Shown here one piece after another: positions 49,205-64,000 of a DNA stretch of 64,000 bases. Position 1 is the stretch's first letter. Each line of letters begins with the position of its first letter. The position numbers and the translations under genes are program-made. The stretch covers positions 1,488,001-1,552,000 of the forward strand of contig OX597838.1 in assembly GCA_951406725.2 (NCBI GenBank), read 5' to 3'. The DNA is from Octopus vulgaris. Its lineage: Eukaryota. The notes under the pieces were generated by a model. It had not been told where the DNA came from, searched no databases, and saw only the letters and a list, made by a program, of their open reading frames with translations.

Positions 49205-50584
49205 AAACCTACCACCAACCACCAACCACCACCACCACCACCACCACCACCACCACCACCACCAACCACCAACATCCTACCACCAACTACCTACCACCCA
49301 CCTACCACAACCACCTTAATTGTTATATTAAATTCCAAATCCCATTTATGCCATGAAATACCTTTCAAGAAGTCTCCATTTCTATTCCTAGCTTACCATT
49401 TTAGTCTTCCAGTTTTCATTAGAAAGAAACACATCTGTCCTCCTCGGGGACGTCGCTGTTATGTGTTGGCGGTTGGCGGGCTGGGGGGGATATTTGGTGG
49501 TGGGGTGTTAGTGTGGTGGTAATGGTGGTGTATGGCTGAGGTTTAGTATGGCGTGTTGGAGCTTTGTAGTGGTGGAGTTGGTCTGTCGGAGTGGTGAGGT
49601 ATAACGATGTATGACTGGTGTGGCGGTTTGGCGCTGTATATCTTATGGTTTCGTATGATGTGTTGGCGTGGCGGTGTTGCATTTATCGTAGACTGGTGTA
49701 GTGTCGGTATGGAGATGTATGTTTATGATTCGGAGCGGTGCAGTGGTGTAGAGATGCAGTGATGTCCGTGTGTTGCTGTAAGATTTTCCTTGATTTCAAC
49801 CAAATTCAATTTCTTCCCCCAAAGGAGTCCGCCATTGTTATATTTAAAACATAATTACTTTGTTAAAGTTTTAGTGAAATATATTTTAGACTGTATTGAT
49901 TGATTGATCGATTGATTGTTGCTTTTTTTGTTGTTGGTGGTGGTGGTCATGATAGTGGAGGTGGGGTGTTTGATGTTCTGTTGCTGCTGGTGGAGGGTGT
50001 GGTAGGTTAGTTGGTTGGTCGTTGTTGTTGTTGCTGTTGTTGGCTGCTGTGGTTGCGACTTTGTCTGGATGTAAACCATCATTATCATCAATATCAATAT
50101 CAATAAGCAAAAATACCAGATGTTTAATCAAAACCACCACCACCACCACCTGCCACTACCACCGCAGCCACTGCCAACAACACAACCTCTACTACCATCG
50201 TTACTACCATCACAACCACCAATCACCACCACACCTCGGCCGACGCCGCCGCCACCACAAACGATTCACAAATACATCATTGCAACAACAAAAACACCAA
50301 CATCCTCAGACAGCATCAGTTTCAAGTAGCCATTTGCACACAACATGTAGATCCACCGCAACAGTCGAAACAACAGGCGAATGTGACATTGAAACGAAAG
50401 AACAAATGTGACTTTCTGAACAAACATAAAAATCGCAATTTTGGAATCAACACATGAAAGGAAACGTTGAAAAAGGAATAAATAAATAAGAATAGAATCA
50501 AAAGGAATAAACTCATGTTTACCACCGAAAAAAATGCGTTTACAATTGAACACCAGCGTTAGCCGTTAGTTTGTAACTGACGCA

Positions 50585-51045
50585 ACAATAAAACGTAAAT
50601 TTATAATGAAAACGTGACTTGGAAGCTAATATAAAACGTGAGTTTTATAAGCGATGCAACAGTTAAATCTAATGCCATCCGCAACACAGAAATAAACGTA
50701 TATTTGCCAAGAGGACAGCAATAAAACATAAATTTGTAGTCACCACAAAAATTAATATTAGTTCATAAGGAAAACAATCAAAGTGCAACAAACTCAACAA
50801 CGCAAAAGATGTTTAGATGCACCAATAATAAACAAACGTAAGTTTTAACCAAAAAACAATGATATCAGACGTGACTCTGGCATTGTAAACGTAACTTTAT
50901 AACCTCACCAAAGTGAGCCATAACTTCAATCCAACACTCGAACGTAACTCAACAACAAACCAGAGCAATAAAACGTAACTTTGACACAAACCCAGGCAAA
51001 ATATTAATTCTATAAACGAAAACAACAATAAGACATATTTTATAA
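50585..51045. repeat. Highly degenerate tandem array with core aataaaacgtaacttt
   Basis: About ten variants, e.g. aataaaacgtaaattt, aaaacgtgactt, aaacgtaacttt, aataaaacgtaacttt. Confidence 0.6.
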
Positions 51046-51371
51046 CCAATTCAACGACAAAATAGCAACCAATACAATAATTTTAAGGGGATCAATAACC
51101 AATACAATTGTTTGAAGGAGGATCAATAACAAGCAACTCTACTGAAGACATAAAGAAAAAAAAACAAAAGAAATTTACAAGAAAAGGAAGAGAAACAAAT
51201 TCAAGAAAAACAAAATCTCTATTACAGACAACAATACGAATATCACAACAACAATAACAACAACAATAGCCACAACGTTTAAGTGTTCACGATAAAGTAA
51301 ACACAACAGCGAACACATGCGTGGAACGGAGTCATTAGACAACACAAAGAACACACTCACACACACACACA

Positions 51372-51412
<41 letters not shown>

Positions 51413-52493
51413 CACGCATTGGTACACATATATGACTCGAGGTATTTAGTGTATCACTCACACATATACGACACATGCACACACACACATGCAGAAACAG
51501 CGCACTATACAAACATACACACACACACACACACACGCACGCAAAAATGACAAACGAATTACTCAAGACACAAATACAACAGAACACATACACAAAACAC
51601 GCGCGCACACACAAACACACACAGGCATAGATACACACACGCACACAAAAGCGGACACATACACACGTGCACACACACACTCATACACACACACTCATAC
51701 ACACACACATATGCACACACACATAAATACACCCGTACCTGCCACGCACACATTCACGACACACACACACCTCCACACAAGACACAAAAAGATGTCCTCA
51801 TAAGTTTAGATTTCTCAAATTTTGACGTCAAAATTACAAAAATTGAAAACTTAAAACCGCAAAAAGCCCAATAAAGCCAAAATCTCTATAAATACAAATC
51901 GATAATCTGATTTCTTTGATTTATAATTTTATTGTTTTAATTTCATTTCCAATTTAATCAGTTTTATTCGTTTATTGTTCTCTGAGTGTTCAATCTTTGA
52001 TTTGTGTTCAGAGAGATCGATAGTCTCCCATCGATGACTATCTGCGCAGGATTTTGTTCTTTTCGTATTTCTGCTGATATTAATATCAGAGGGTAGGAGG
52101 GAGAGGGAAGAGGAGGGACAGATGGAGGAGAGGAAGAAAGAAGAGGTAGGATAGATACGAGGGAGGAGGGGGAGGAGGTGGAAGACGATCCTCTGTGGAG
52201 TCTTCCTTCCGTTACACGTTGTAGAAGGGAACCGCTTTTAGTGGGCCTGCTCATGTTTAATGTATGTATGTATGTGTGTATGCGTTTATGTGTGTGTGTA
52301 TGTACGTGTGTATATATGTGTGTATGTATGCATGTATGTACGTACGTATGTATGTATGTTTGTGCATATATAAACATGCGTTTGTAATTTATAAGTGCAT
52401 AAATGTATAATTTATATATATAGGTGTGTGTCTTTACGTGTGTATATATATATATATAAATATGTATGTATGCATATATGTATGTATGAATGC

Positions 52494-52617
<124 letters not shown>

Positions 52618-53258
52618 GCATATTATGTATATATGTATGTATGTGTGCATACATGCACACACACACACACATAATGTAAATATAAATCGAGAGAAATAAA
52701 TATGTCAGTAAGAAATACGTTTAGACATAGATGAACAGTCATGTAGAAAAAGAAATCATATCTATATACCTAAGCGTGTGCGCATAAACTCATGTTTTTA
52801 TATCCATGCAGATGTGTGGGTGAGTGTATGTGGTGTGTGTATGTGCATATGTGTATGTCGATATCAGCACATACACACATACCTACATGAATACACGCAC
52901 ACACAGCTCTGCGTATTTCCACGCATCTATACAACCCATCCGCATTCATCGCCAGATACTCACATTCAAGGCTACATTTGCATCGTATTCCTGCCTTGAT
53001 ATCCCAGTCACATTAAAACATCAATTTAATGTAAGGATAGAAATATCTTTCATTGATTTCTCTCAATGAAGAATTCGGTTGGAAGAAATGGTAAATACGT
53101 TATATCGTTTTGGGAATTGGCAGGCGTGTGTATATGCATGTGTATGAGTAAGTAGGCGTCTATGTATGCAGGCATGCTTGTATGTGTGCATGTATATGTA
53201 AGAAGGTATGTGCACTATATATATATATATTTGTATGTATACACACGCATATATGTAT

Positions 53259-53298
<40 letters not shown>

Positions 53299-53592
53299 GT
53301 ATATACACATATAGATATGAACATGTTCACCCATATCTGCATATTCTGTGCATATAAGGTTTTTATGTATCAATTTATTCATATGTATATAATTATATTA
53401 CAATATGCATGTGTATGTATGAATATATATAAGTGTATATGTGTGTGTATAACTATAAATACATACGCATATATTATACACATATTACATATGAATATAC
53501 AAAACATATATAATATCATATATATATATCTATATTATATATCCATATATATATATATATCGCTTTTGCATTTTTGGTCTTCAAAAATATTA

Positions 53593-53623
<31 letters not shown>

Positions 53624-53955
53624 TGTATGTATGTATGTATGTATGTATGTATGTATGTATTTCAAACGGGGAGGAAGGAAGAGGGTGATGTATGTAGGTG
53701 ATTATTGACGAAAACGCCAGGCCTCTAGCAGCGAGTAGACACTAGTTTCACGCCAATGTTCAAATCTACGCGCAATTATTCCGTGCCTCAGTTGAAGATC
53801 CTAACTAAAGGTCATTATATTTTGATTTCGATATTGGCTTCGATGAAAATTCGTTTTAAATGTAGATGGTGATTGAATAAAGCATACGTACGCCATTACA
53901 TAGTTCTGTAATACATATATAGGCATGTATCTATGTATATGCTTATATATATATA

Positions 53956-53996
<41 letters not shown>

Positions 53997-54029
53997 GTTA
54001 TGTTTCTGCCACTATATAGATGCGTGCGT

Positions 54030-54063
<34 letters not shown>

Positions 54064-54157
54064 TATCCTTATCGATACGTATTCATTAACCAGTATATGC
54101 ATCTCTGTTTCTCTGTCTCTCTCTGTCTCTCTCTGTCTCTCTCTCCCTCTCTCTCTC

Positions 54158-54203
<46 letters not shown>

Positions 54204-54455
54204 CATGTATACGTATATATATATATGTATATATGTATACATATATACATACATACATACATACATGTATATATATCCACTGTAACAGACATTTTCATAG
54301 GCATATGTATCTGAAAATGTGTGGCTGGCTGTATAAAAGCTTTTAAGTGTGTTTTCAAATTGGAAAACGTTTAAGTTTGTGTGTATCTATTAATACATCC
54401 ACACATACACACACATACACTCATATATAGTCGTATATACACTCATATATACATG

Positions 54456-54503
<48 letters not shown>

Positions 54504-54525
54504 TATATATATATACATGTATACG

Positions 54526-54558
<33 letters not shown>

Positions 54559-55321
54559 ATGTGTGTGTGTGTGTATGTGTATGTGTGTGTGTGCGTGTGT
54601 GTGTGGTTATATAGGTATAGTGTTACAGTATACGTATATGCACGACATGAAATCTATTAGAAGATATTGCCAATCAATTAATGGCATTATTCTTCAATAA
54701 AAACTCACTGGACTGTCAGAATTGATAAAGTGATGGACTAAATGCTCTATAAGAATGATTCAGTTAAGTATATTTTGTGTCTGGGTTCAAGTCCCACCTG
54801 AGTTGGTTGAATATTGAGTTGATTGTGTCATATAGTACAGAGCGATTTGTGTGTGCAGGTATGTATGTATAGTATATATACACCCACACAAACATACACC
54901 CACCATATATTAATTGCTGGTATGAGGTCCTCGTATACAACTGAGAGTAAGAAATGACTTTTCTGTCCATTTTGAGCAATCCCAATGCTTGATTGCCGAC
55001 ATTGACTACGAATTGTGCAATATGTGACTGAGTGTTCCGGACACATGCAACCGGTGCCTGTGTATTTTTTGTGATTATTCAAAATCTATGTGGCTCTGAC
55101 TATGAAGGGTGTAGATCCTGATGTCACAAGAAGTGTTCAGGCGATGGGCTTCTGTACAATTTCTGCTCACAAGACTTTCGTCGACCTGGGATTATATGGT
55201 ACGATGAGGGTAGAGTAATACACATGTGCACATTTCAACTAAAATGTAAAAAGCTCGCTAGGGGGATATATCCATATCCATATATATAGGATTGGCCACT
55301 AAATCCCCAAGTTTTTTTTTT

Positions 55322-55473
55322 CTCTCTCTGTTTATTTCCTCGTGTTCCTTTCCGTTGAAGAGCGTAGGCTCGAAACGTAAAAGATTTTTCTCATCTTCCC
55401 GAGCGTCAAACTAATACACCTTTGTTGTTGATTACACATGTGTCTGTCTTTTGTCTTTCTGTAAATTTCAACA

Positions 55474-55475
<2 letters not shown>
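55322..55475 (+). mobile_element. Short hammerhead-like repeat (motif at 55348-55383)
   Basis: CUUU-CCGUUGA-A-GAGC(GUAG)GCUC-GAAA-CGU-A-AAAG. Same family as 20556 and 20835, and it ends at (TA)n. Confidence 0.75.
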
Positions 55476-55543
<68 letters not shown>

Positions 55544-56335
55544 AAAACAGCAAAATTATCCCTGGATTGTTACTCACCGATTCACGTTCCCGTTCGTCGG
55601 ACAGGTGTGATAAAAGCTGAATTAAAAAAATTGTTCTGGTCTCATTTTGAATATATATATATATATATATATGTATAGACAGAGAGAGAGAGAGAGAGAA
55701 AGAGAGAGCATGAAAAAGATAGACATACCAGAGATAATAATCTATGCCTACAGCCTTTGTTAAGTCCTTCTCTACACACACGCCGAACATATGCAAGTGC
55801 ATCCATAAGCGAAAACAACAAGGACATCTGTACTTCAGGATGTAGATCTGCATTGAAGGCAATACATGTTATGTAAGTAATTCGTGTGTGTGTTTGTGTG
55901 TATTATGTATAAATTATTTTTCTGTTCTCTATATCTGTCATTTTTTCAGGCTATATTTGTTGTTTTTTTTCATCGAGTATTGTGGAATATTTTCAAACCT
56001 GCTTGCATGGAAAAGCTTCCACAAAGTCGTTTGAAAAGGGAGAAAAAAACCAATTTTTTCCTGTGTGAAGCATGCAACGTATTGCCTTCTGACTATTTAA
56101 AATATCCGATGCAGTACTTTATGTATTGGACTTTTATGCTATACATAAATTACTTCTTTTATTACCATCATAAACTTTCTCCACAAGATTCGTTTTTGTA
56201 GTCACATTATTTCTGAGGTTAAACTTTCATATATATTTTGACAATGATGTAATGTTAATGATGTCCCTGAATTGGAATGATTCAAAATGTTGTGTATATC
56301 TGCTTTCTGTTACTTCCCATTAGATTGTGACCCCA

Positions 56336-56372
<37 letters not shown>

Positions 56373-57204
56373 ATTCCAGTATAGTATATTTTCTATAGCT
56401 CTAAACATCCGCACCTTCAATAGAAATTTTCTATTAAGTGGACCGTTTCGTACAATCATAAGTTGAATTCATACTGATAGGTTCGTATGATATTCTAACA
56501 GTGCTGGTTATAGTGCAATATTTGGAAGCTTATATTATCCAAACGATCATGTCTCCATTTACAGTGTTCTTATTAAAGAACTTTTACGGTAGTTAATTGC
56601 AAATGTGTGCTTATTAGTCACGCTCCTTCTATATAGATGTTTGTACCAGATTTTATTCCACTCTTCTGTTTAATGTCTTTTGGTACACTTCTTACATTGG
56701 CTGCATTCCGATAGAATTGCAACTACTTTTAATGTCTAGCTATTTGATAAGTTTGATCTTCGTCCGCCGCCGAAGTTATTTGTACAGTTAAAGACCTCGA
56801 TCATCCCCCGACAATAAGATCAAACCTTATCGCTTACATTATACAGACAACGAAATTCCAACAAATACATTAAAACTTATATTACATACAGTACAAGGCT
56901 GATGGCCCAGTATTAATGCCTGCAGAGCCGATATGTGCCGTCGATGCGAACGAATGTAATAATGAATAGGTGTACAGATACCACAAGACTTTTCTTAAAT
57001 GACTTTTTGGAGTCACTGCTTTAATATAACACGTGCACACTTATGGCCCCGTTAGTCTGAACCAAATATTAGGGGACACACTCCAAAGTAGGGGGTAACA
57101 TACAAAAGAAAAAGACACAAACGAACTTTTAACTAGAAAATGAGTTTCATTGAGTAAACCAGGCAACCTATACATGGCCAGCCTGTATGAGATTTTTCTT
57201 ATGT

Positions 57205-57370
57205 AGATGCAGGCATGGTTGGATAGTTAAGAAATTGGCTCTGCAGGTAGGAAGTCGGTGGTTTCAATCTTACTCTACAGCATCAATGGACAAATTACTT
57301 GAACCTCTCCTGGGCCGATTCATGGCATATGAGCGAAAATGATTAAACGGCAACTATGTGGGAGCTCATC
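57205..57370 (+). mobile_element. Old degenerate family B SINE head
   Basis: gatgcaggcatggttggatagttaag...ggtttcaatcttact...gggccgattcatggcatatgag. Confidence 0.5.
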
Positions 57371-60189
57371 AGGTGAGATTATATTTGGAATTATCGGGAA
57401 TTCAGCCATGCCACTCATTGTGTTGCAGTGATTCTTCTTGAAGATTGCAACTAGGGTACCTTTATACGGAATACTCAGCTACGTACACGTTAATGTCACG
57501 ATTCGGTATTTCATTTGATCGAACAGCTGAATAATCTTCGTCGAAGTCGACGGAAGATCTATAATATAATTTTATTGAGAATTGTGTATAAATTGTATAT
57601 ATGTGTATGTATATAGATATATATGTATATATATAGATATGTGTATGTGTGAATGTATGTATGTGTGTGTATGTATAAATGTATGTGTGCGCGTATATAT
57701 AAATAAATATATATACACACACAGATTCATATGGATATAAATTAATATAATTTACGTATTTTATACACCTACACACCCACATAGATACACTCACACACAA
57801 ACGTCTGTGTGAGTGTGTGTATTGTCGAGCGTCATCAAACATATTGTTGGAGCTGGAAGAGAGTCGTTCGCATTTCTTCGCCAATCAGTTGGAGGACGTG
57901 ACAAGCACTGAAGCCAATTTCCTCACAGCTTCAGCTAATGAACCAATGTTACAACAACTTTAGATAATGAACTAATCAATGACGTCATCGATGATTACAG
58001 TATTGACTGTTTACCTGTTTCGGTTGTTAAATGGTATAGTGGTACGTTGAGATGGTGGCGTGTTGGGGTGGTGGTTGAAAGATGGATTCGCGATGTGGTT
58101 GATTAGTGATGTGGTGATTGGTGGGTGTTATGGTGGGTTGTGGGTGACATGGTGATGCGATAGATTCGGGTGCACTGATGGTGTATGGTGGCTGGGTTGT
58201 GGGGTGTAGAGCTATATTGGTGTGACTGGGTACTGCACTGGTTCGATGGTTGTCATTAGCCCCAACTCGATATCGATTGATTACAACTATCATAAAAAAC
58301 AATCCATTTGTATAATCCATTAAATTTGTTCTTTTCGTAAGACATTAGACTTTCACACGGTGGAAATCTGGTTGCTATTTTTAGCAAGTGGATCAACCAC
58401 ACATAGGCGTTCTCATTGGCTCATGGCCATATTTTCGTGACTCTCTCATATGTTGTAGTCACGTGTTTTAATGCATTGTCAAATCGATGGTTTCGCTGTT
58501 TTCAGGTTACGTTCTTTGATAATTTGCTCTCCTCCCTATTCACCGGTTTACTTGTTTCGTGTTCAGCATAGCTACATTCAAAGCGTTTCCGGTCGTGACC
58601 ATCACTGCTATATATACATTAGGTAGTATAATGCTCAGTGGAGAGGTTACATAAGGCAATAGGGTGGGATTTGAGGGAGACGTTATTTCTTTGTTGGTCG
58701 AAGGGGTTTCTGCTTCTTCTTCAAGTGGAAGGGAACCGAAAGACTTAGAGACGGATAAATACACTTACTTTTGGCGACCATGGCACACACACACACATAT
58801 ATATATATATATAAATGCACACATACATTCAAACACACATATACATGCATATATAAACATGATATATATGCAGGTATAGACACTCGCACACACATTTATA
58901 TACACGCACACGCATTCACATACACAGACTTATGAAACATTAAATACTAGCTATGACAATAAATGGTGGATAAACCACAGAAACCAATGAATGCAGTAAA
59001 TATGTAAGGCGGACATATTGCTTTGTATCTCGTGTGAGGATGGTAGTGAAATAAAGATGCACAAAATGATGAATAAAAAACTTCATTTTTTTTTCTAGTA
59101 TGTTCTGTTAGTGTTTGTCATCTAAGGCAAGGTTCTTCTGTTGTTGAACATTATATGATTAAATGGACGACGAGGGGTTATGAAAAAATATTAATTTTTG
59201 GCTTTGATAGATGACATGAATATGTATTCAACTAGGCGTCACTTTTCTAGTGAAGCCGCAACACTGCATGAGGTACGCGTACGTACATACTCACATACAT
59301 ACATACATGCATACATACATACATACATACATACATACATACATACATACATACATACATACATACATACATACATACGTACGTACGTACGTATGTATAC
59401 AGAAAGAAACAAAATCGCATACAGATGCACACAATAATCTCCACATCGGTGCGTATGTGTGTGTGTATGTGTATGTATGTATGTATGTATGTATGTTTGT
59501 ATGTATGTATGTATGTATGTATGTATGTATGTATGTATGTATGTATGTGTGTGTGCACGTATATATGTGTTTGTGTGTATGTATGTGTGTATGTATGTGC
59601 CTGTGTTTATGTTTCTGCGCATGCGCGGATGTGGACGCAGGCACGTGTCAGTGGAGCCATACTGCGCAACATAATTGTCACCGTTTATAGTATAAAAAAA
59701 TAGATGAATCTTGTTTGCATTTTGTGTCATGTTTTACTTTAGATACTGTTTATTCACCATATAACACACACACGCGCGCATACACACACACACACACACC
59801 ACATATATCTACATAAACGTTTATATATGTATATATTTTGTGTAGAGACATTTGCATACATACGCTTGTATACATAGCTTCTATGTTGTAGTTTATTAGC
59901 TGCAATACCAACTCTAAACCTTTACAGGCAATAATAACTGTAAGCTTAGCTTGAACAATTACGCATCACTGAACGGCCATTACTGACTCGACGTACACCG
60001 CTCACTTCAAAATGGCGGTATACAGGTTCTGACCTATATATTCCTTCTCCTCTACCTGTTACTTCCCCTTATTTTGTATGAGGCCTCTGATGCAAAAGAC
60101 TTTCCAACTATGGCCATAACATCTATTGAAAGACAACTGTGATTACATAATCCAATGATTTAATTTTTAAAGACAATAGGTGGGTCGTA

Positions 60190-60380
60190 TTTGCTCAAGA
60201 TTAGGCTGATGCGTCTGGTTAGCCACAAAACTACGTGGAGGCGCACTCTTTGAATGTTTCGCCCCAAATTAACCTTGCCAGAATAGAGCAAAACTATTAA
60301 GCAAGGCATTCCAGAAGCCATTATCCCCCATGTCGTAACGTTTTCGCCATGATTACACTTCATTATATTATGGCTTAAAA
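60190..60380 (-). pseudogene. Decayed Tc1/mariner (maT/DD37D-like) transposase fragment
   Basis: KCNHGENVTTWGIMASG...KVN...RVRLHVVLWL resembles KHPASVMVWGVVASDG...KVN...KVLRxHVLPWL. No catalytic motifs are left. Confidence 0.4.
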
Positions 60381-60957
60381 CAGGAAATTCATTTTTGTTT
60401 TTCAATATCGAACTTTTTGATTAGATGTTTTACAAAAACAACAACATATTTTCCCATATTTGTAAGATATTTAGTTCTATTACATATGTATCTATACACA
60501 CACACATACAGTCACACAAATACACACATACACAGGCACACGCACACACTTAATATAATGCATGTTTGTGTGTGAGTGTGCATGATGTGTATGGTTTTAT
60601 ACAGAAAAGAAAAGACCACTTCATTCATTAGAGTTTGTTTTCGTAGGAAAACAGTTAATGACTTGTACAGACTTCCCTCCGAGTTTCATCGGCGGAATGT
60701 CACGTGCCTAATGGATCACACGACGAGTCTACTTACATCCCCAGGAAACTGAGTAATGGCCGTCTGAATCATTAACTCTACCTACAAACAAATATGTGTG
60801 TGTGTGTGTATATACACTCGCACACACAAACAAACACACACTTATCTATATATATATATATCTATACATATGCAGTTATACACACACACGCACACAGGTA
60901 TATTTATATATAAATCTATATACATATTTATATAAATATTATATGTATATGTATTTG

Positions 60958-61001
<44 letters not shown>

Positions 61002-61325
61002 GAAGGCGTGTGGCTTAGTGGTTAGGGCATTCGGGTCACGATCATAAGGCTGTGAGTTCAATTTCCGGTGACGCGTTGTGTGCTTGAACAAGTTACTTTA
61101 TTTCACGTTGCTCCGGTCCACTCAACTGGCAAAAATGAGTTGTGCCTGTATTTCAAAGGGCCGGCCTTGTCACACTCTGTGCCACGCTGAATCTCTCTGA
61201 GAACTACGTTAAGTGTACACGTGTCTGTGGAGTGCTCAGCCACTTGCACGTCAATTTCACGAGCAAGCTCTTCCGTTGATCGTATCAGCTGGGAACCTCG
61301 TTGTCGTAAACGATGGAGTGTTCTC
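61002..61325 (+). mobile_element. Full-length tRNA-derived CORE-like SINE (family C)
   Basis: A box tggcttagtgg, B box gagttcaattt, CORE-like centre and a unique tail, embedded in (TA)n. Confidence 0.85.
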
Positions 61326-61410
<85 letters not shown>

Positions 61411-61749
61411 CACACACATATATGTGCGTGCGCGTGCGTGTTATATATATATTATATGTAAAAATCTTATATATTATATGCGCATATATGTGTATATATG
61501 TATACACGCACACACACTCGCACACACACACGCACACACACACACACATATACATATATATAGGTTATAATCAAGATTAAAATTCAGATATGAAATTTGA
61601 AAATTTTGTATCCAACCCTTATTGTGGGTCCAAACCTTATTTTGGGTATGTCCTTAGCGGTGTGTCGGAGGGCATGTCGCATTAGTGTGCCGGCAGAGTA
61701 TGGTCACCACTTATGGCTACCAGACGTCATCTCAAGAGAGTGATTTTTT

Positions 61750-62160
61750 AGGTGCAGAGGGGACTGTATGTTAAGAAGCTAGCTTCCCAGCTACATGGTC
61801 CTGGGTTCAGTCTCACTGCGTGACACCTTGGCCCAGTGTCTTCTACTATAACCTCGGGTCAACAAATGCCTTGTGTGGATTTGGCAGATGGAAACTGAAA
61901 GAAGCCCGTCGCAAGCATGTGTGGGTGTATGTGCCTTTGCGCCTGTGTTTGTTCACCGCCGCTAATTAACAACCGGTGTGTGTATGTTTACGTTTCCGTA
62001 ATCTAGCGGTTTGGCATTGAAGAACGATAGAATAAGTACCAAGCTTAAAAAAGAAAAAGAGTCCTGGTGTTGATTATTAATTCGACTAAAAAATTCTTCG
62101 AGGTGGTGCCCAGCGTGGCCGCAGCACGATCAATTAAGCAAGTAAAAGTTAAAAGATGAA
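61750..62160 (+). mobile_element. Full-length family B CORE-like SINE
   Basis: ggtgcagaggggactgtatgttaagaagc...gggttcagtctcactgcgtgacaccttgg...gaagcccgtcg...ggtggtgcccagcgtggccgcag. Confidence 0.85.
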
Positions 62161-62293
62161 GGATAAAGGATATATATATATATATATATATATAACAATT
62201 AATTAAATAGAAAGATTCAATTGACAATTCAATAATTTATTTATATGATAACATAATATGATATAAAATAACATAAAAAGTCTTTAAAAAAAG

Positions 62294-62383
62294 CAAAAGC
62301 CCCAACAGTCTGTTTCGACTTATATACATTATTTGATTTATAAACAACACATATCTGCTTCTATAAGTCTCTTCGGAGTTTTG
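62294..62383 (-). ncRNA. Type I hammerhead ribozyme motif with 8-bp stem II and 37-nt loop
   Basis: CAAAACU-CCGAAGA-GACUUAUA...UAUAAGUC-GAAA-CAGACUGU-U-GGGGCUUUUG. Confidence 0.65.
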
Positions 62384-63117
62384 GTTTAAAAACAGACGAA
62401 ATTTCCCGTGAAAGGACAGCTGGATTGTAAAAGAAAAATAATTCAAATGCTTATGTATTATGAGCGAGAGCGTTAACTTTTCAACTACATAACAATTACA
62501 ATTAAGAAACAACAAAATTATAACGGACAAAATAATTAAGTAAATAGAATCTACAACTATCGAAATATCTTTCTATATATCTCAAACGATATTAATCCAA
62601 ACTCGTTTGGGTCGAAGACAATCCTTGGCTATTTTAATAACATACAGCAACAATATAAAGTATATAAATTAAGTATCAGGGTCCTTCTTAATCTAGAGAC
62701 TGTAATAAAACGTGTAAATAAATATAAATGATGATATACTATTATTCTGGTAATATATAACAGCTCTTCTCTTTTATTTAAAGTTAGTGATAAAAAAAAG
62801 TTTAAAGTAACTAAAAAAAAATGTTTATTTACTTAATTTATCGGAGGGAGAATTCCGTAATAAATATGAAGATAAGCTTAGAGCTACAATGACTGCAACC
62901 TATATTATCCCATAGATATAAAGTTAGGCTATAATAATGGATATCAAAATATTACTAGTTTTTCAGAAGTAACCAGATTTGAAGTTATTTAAATAAGGAT
63001 TATTCACAGTAACTAACAAGTAAATGTCCCATTTGCATTTAACCCATATTTATGTGGTATTCGACTGACGTACAAGTGATTTTGATGTTTTACGCACCCC
63101 TTTGAAGGATCTGTTAC

Positions 63118-63162
<45 letters not shown>

Positions 63163-63308
63163 TTGTCATGGGTGATTCTTTCTTGTCTTGGGATTCACGG
63201 TCAAACGGCTGGGTGGTATTGCGCGAAAAATCACACAGATGTGTAGAATGATTCGGTGGTGATGCTGGGCTTTGTATTTTTCCATTGCTCCCATGTTTAC
63301 CGAGATAA

Positions 63309-63782
63309 TCTACTATAATAATACTCTTGTGTTTATGAATGAGAAAGGAAGGAAGGAGTGATAGATGAATAAGGAAGAAAGGGGTGATGTCATACTTGGT
63401 GGTGGGATGATGAAAATTGTACGATGAAAAATATAAATGAAACAGCGTTTCAACTCTGTGTGAACATATGTGTGTATGTAGAAGGGGATATGTGAATGTG
63501 TGTGCGTGTGTTCGCGCGCGCGCATTTGTGTGTGCGTGTGCGAGCGCAATAGAAGGGGGATGGTTCATCTTTGTTCGCTTAGTATTTGGGTTTATTTTTT
63601 GATTTGGTTGAATCTTGGTTTTTTTTCTGTTGGTCAGTTATTTTTAGCGTTTTCACAGAAAAAAGCCATTCTAAAATTGTTTTTTAACGTAAGCGTACCC
63701 AAACAAGTCGAATGCTTACACAGAGCAGGTTTTACAGCCACATCATCCAAACCGACCGGGTGAAATCGGGCTTAGCTGCTAG
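63309..63782 (+). mobile_element. Non-autonomous Helitron-like element
   Basis: A|TCtactataataa start, GC-rich hairpin ccgggtgaaatcggg and CTAG|T end, with no TSD. Confidence 0.7.
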
Positions 63783-64000
63783 TATATATTCATACATACA
63801 CATACATATATAAATATAACATGTTGCAGAATGAAATTCGATTCGAGACCTATTATTCGCCATGGAACCCATTTATTGAGGCGAGCAGTGTAAGTTTATT
63901 GAGTGAATCTTCCAAATTCTTCTGATTCGCAATACATTAAAGCCCTGACCACTTTCTCTACCTGCCATGGCCTTCATTCACGTACAATGACCTCCCGCCG

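Noticed and set aside
53730-53772. Minus-strand hairpin enclosing GAAACUAGU, hammerhead-like
   Set aside because: The core is unrecognisable (UUUGAAC), there is no stem II, and G is at the cleavage position.
56480-56760. Possible 3' end of another RLE-type LINE on the minus strand
   Set aside because: Only faint peptide resemblance, too decayed to support.
57829-57963. Protein-like open frame (LLELEESRSHFFANQLEDVTSTEANFL)
   Set aside because: It is short, with no convincing splice signals or recognised homology.

Overview
Animal non-coding DNA that is AT-rich and very rich in microsatellites. The SINE families and repeat density suggest an octopus-type cephalopod (inference). I can support no intact host gene, and almost every ORF in the supplied track is a translated microsatellite. 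The window is a mosaic of tRNA-derived SINEs (Meta-domain-like, CORE-like, V-tail-like), decayed LINEs (R4/Dong-like, RTE, a CCHC ORF1), a Penelope-like endonuclease fragment, a DD41D Tc1/mariner remnant, MITEs and small Helitrons. The main signal is an unusual number of self-cleaving-ribozyme folds, read by eye, in unrelated small repeats. There are about eight type I hammerhead motifs, many with non-canonical cores (U3:A8, C4, U6, extra A after A9), palindromic stem III and 3' ends next to (TA)n tracts. One sits at the apex of a ~375-bp foldback element (21772-22147). There is also an HDV-like fold at the 5' end of an RTE-related element. All folds are manual predictions, none is tested, and repeat boundaries are approximate.
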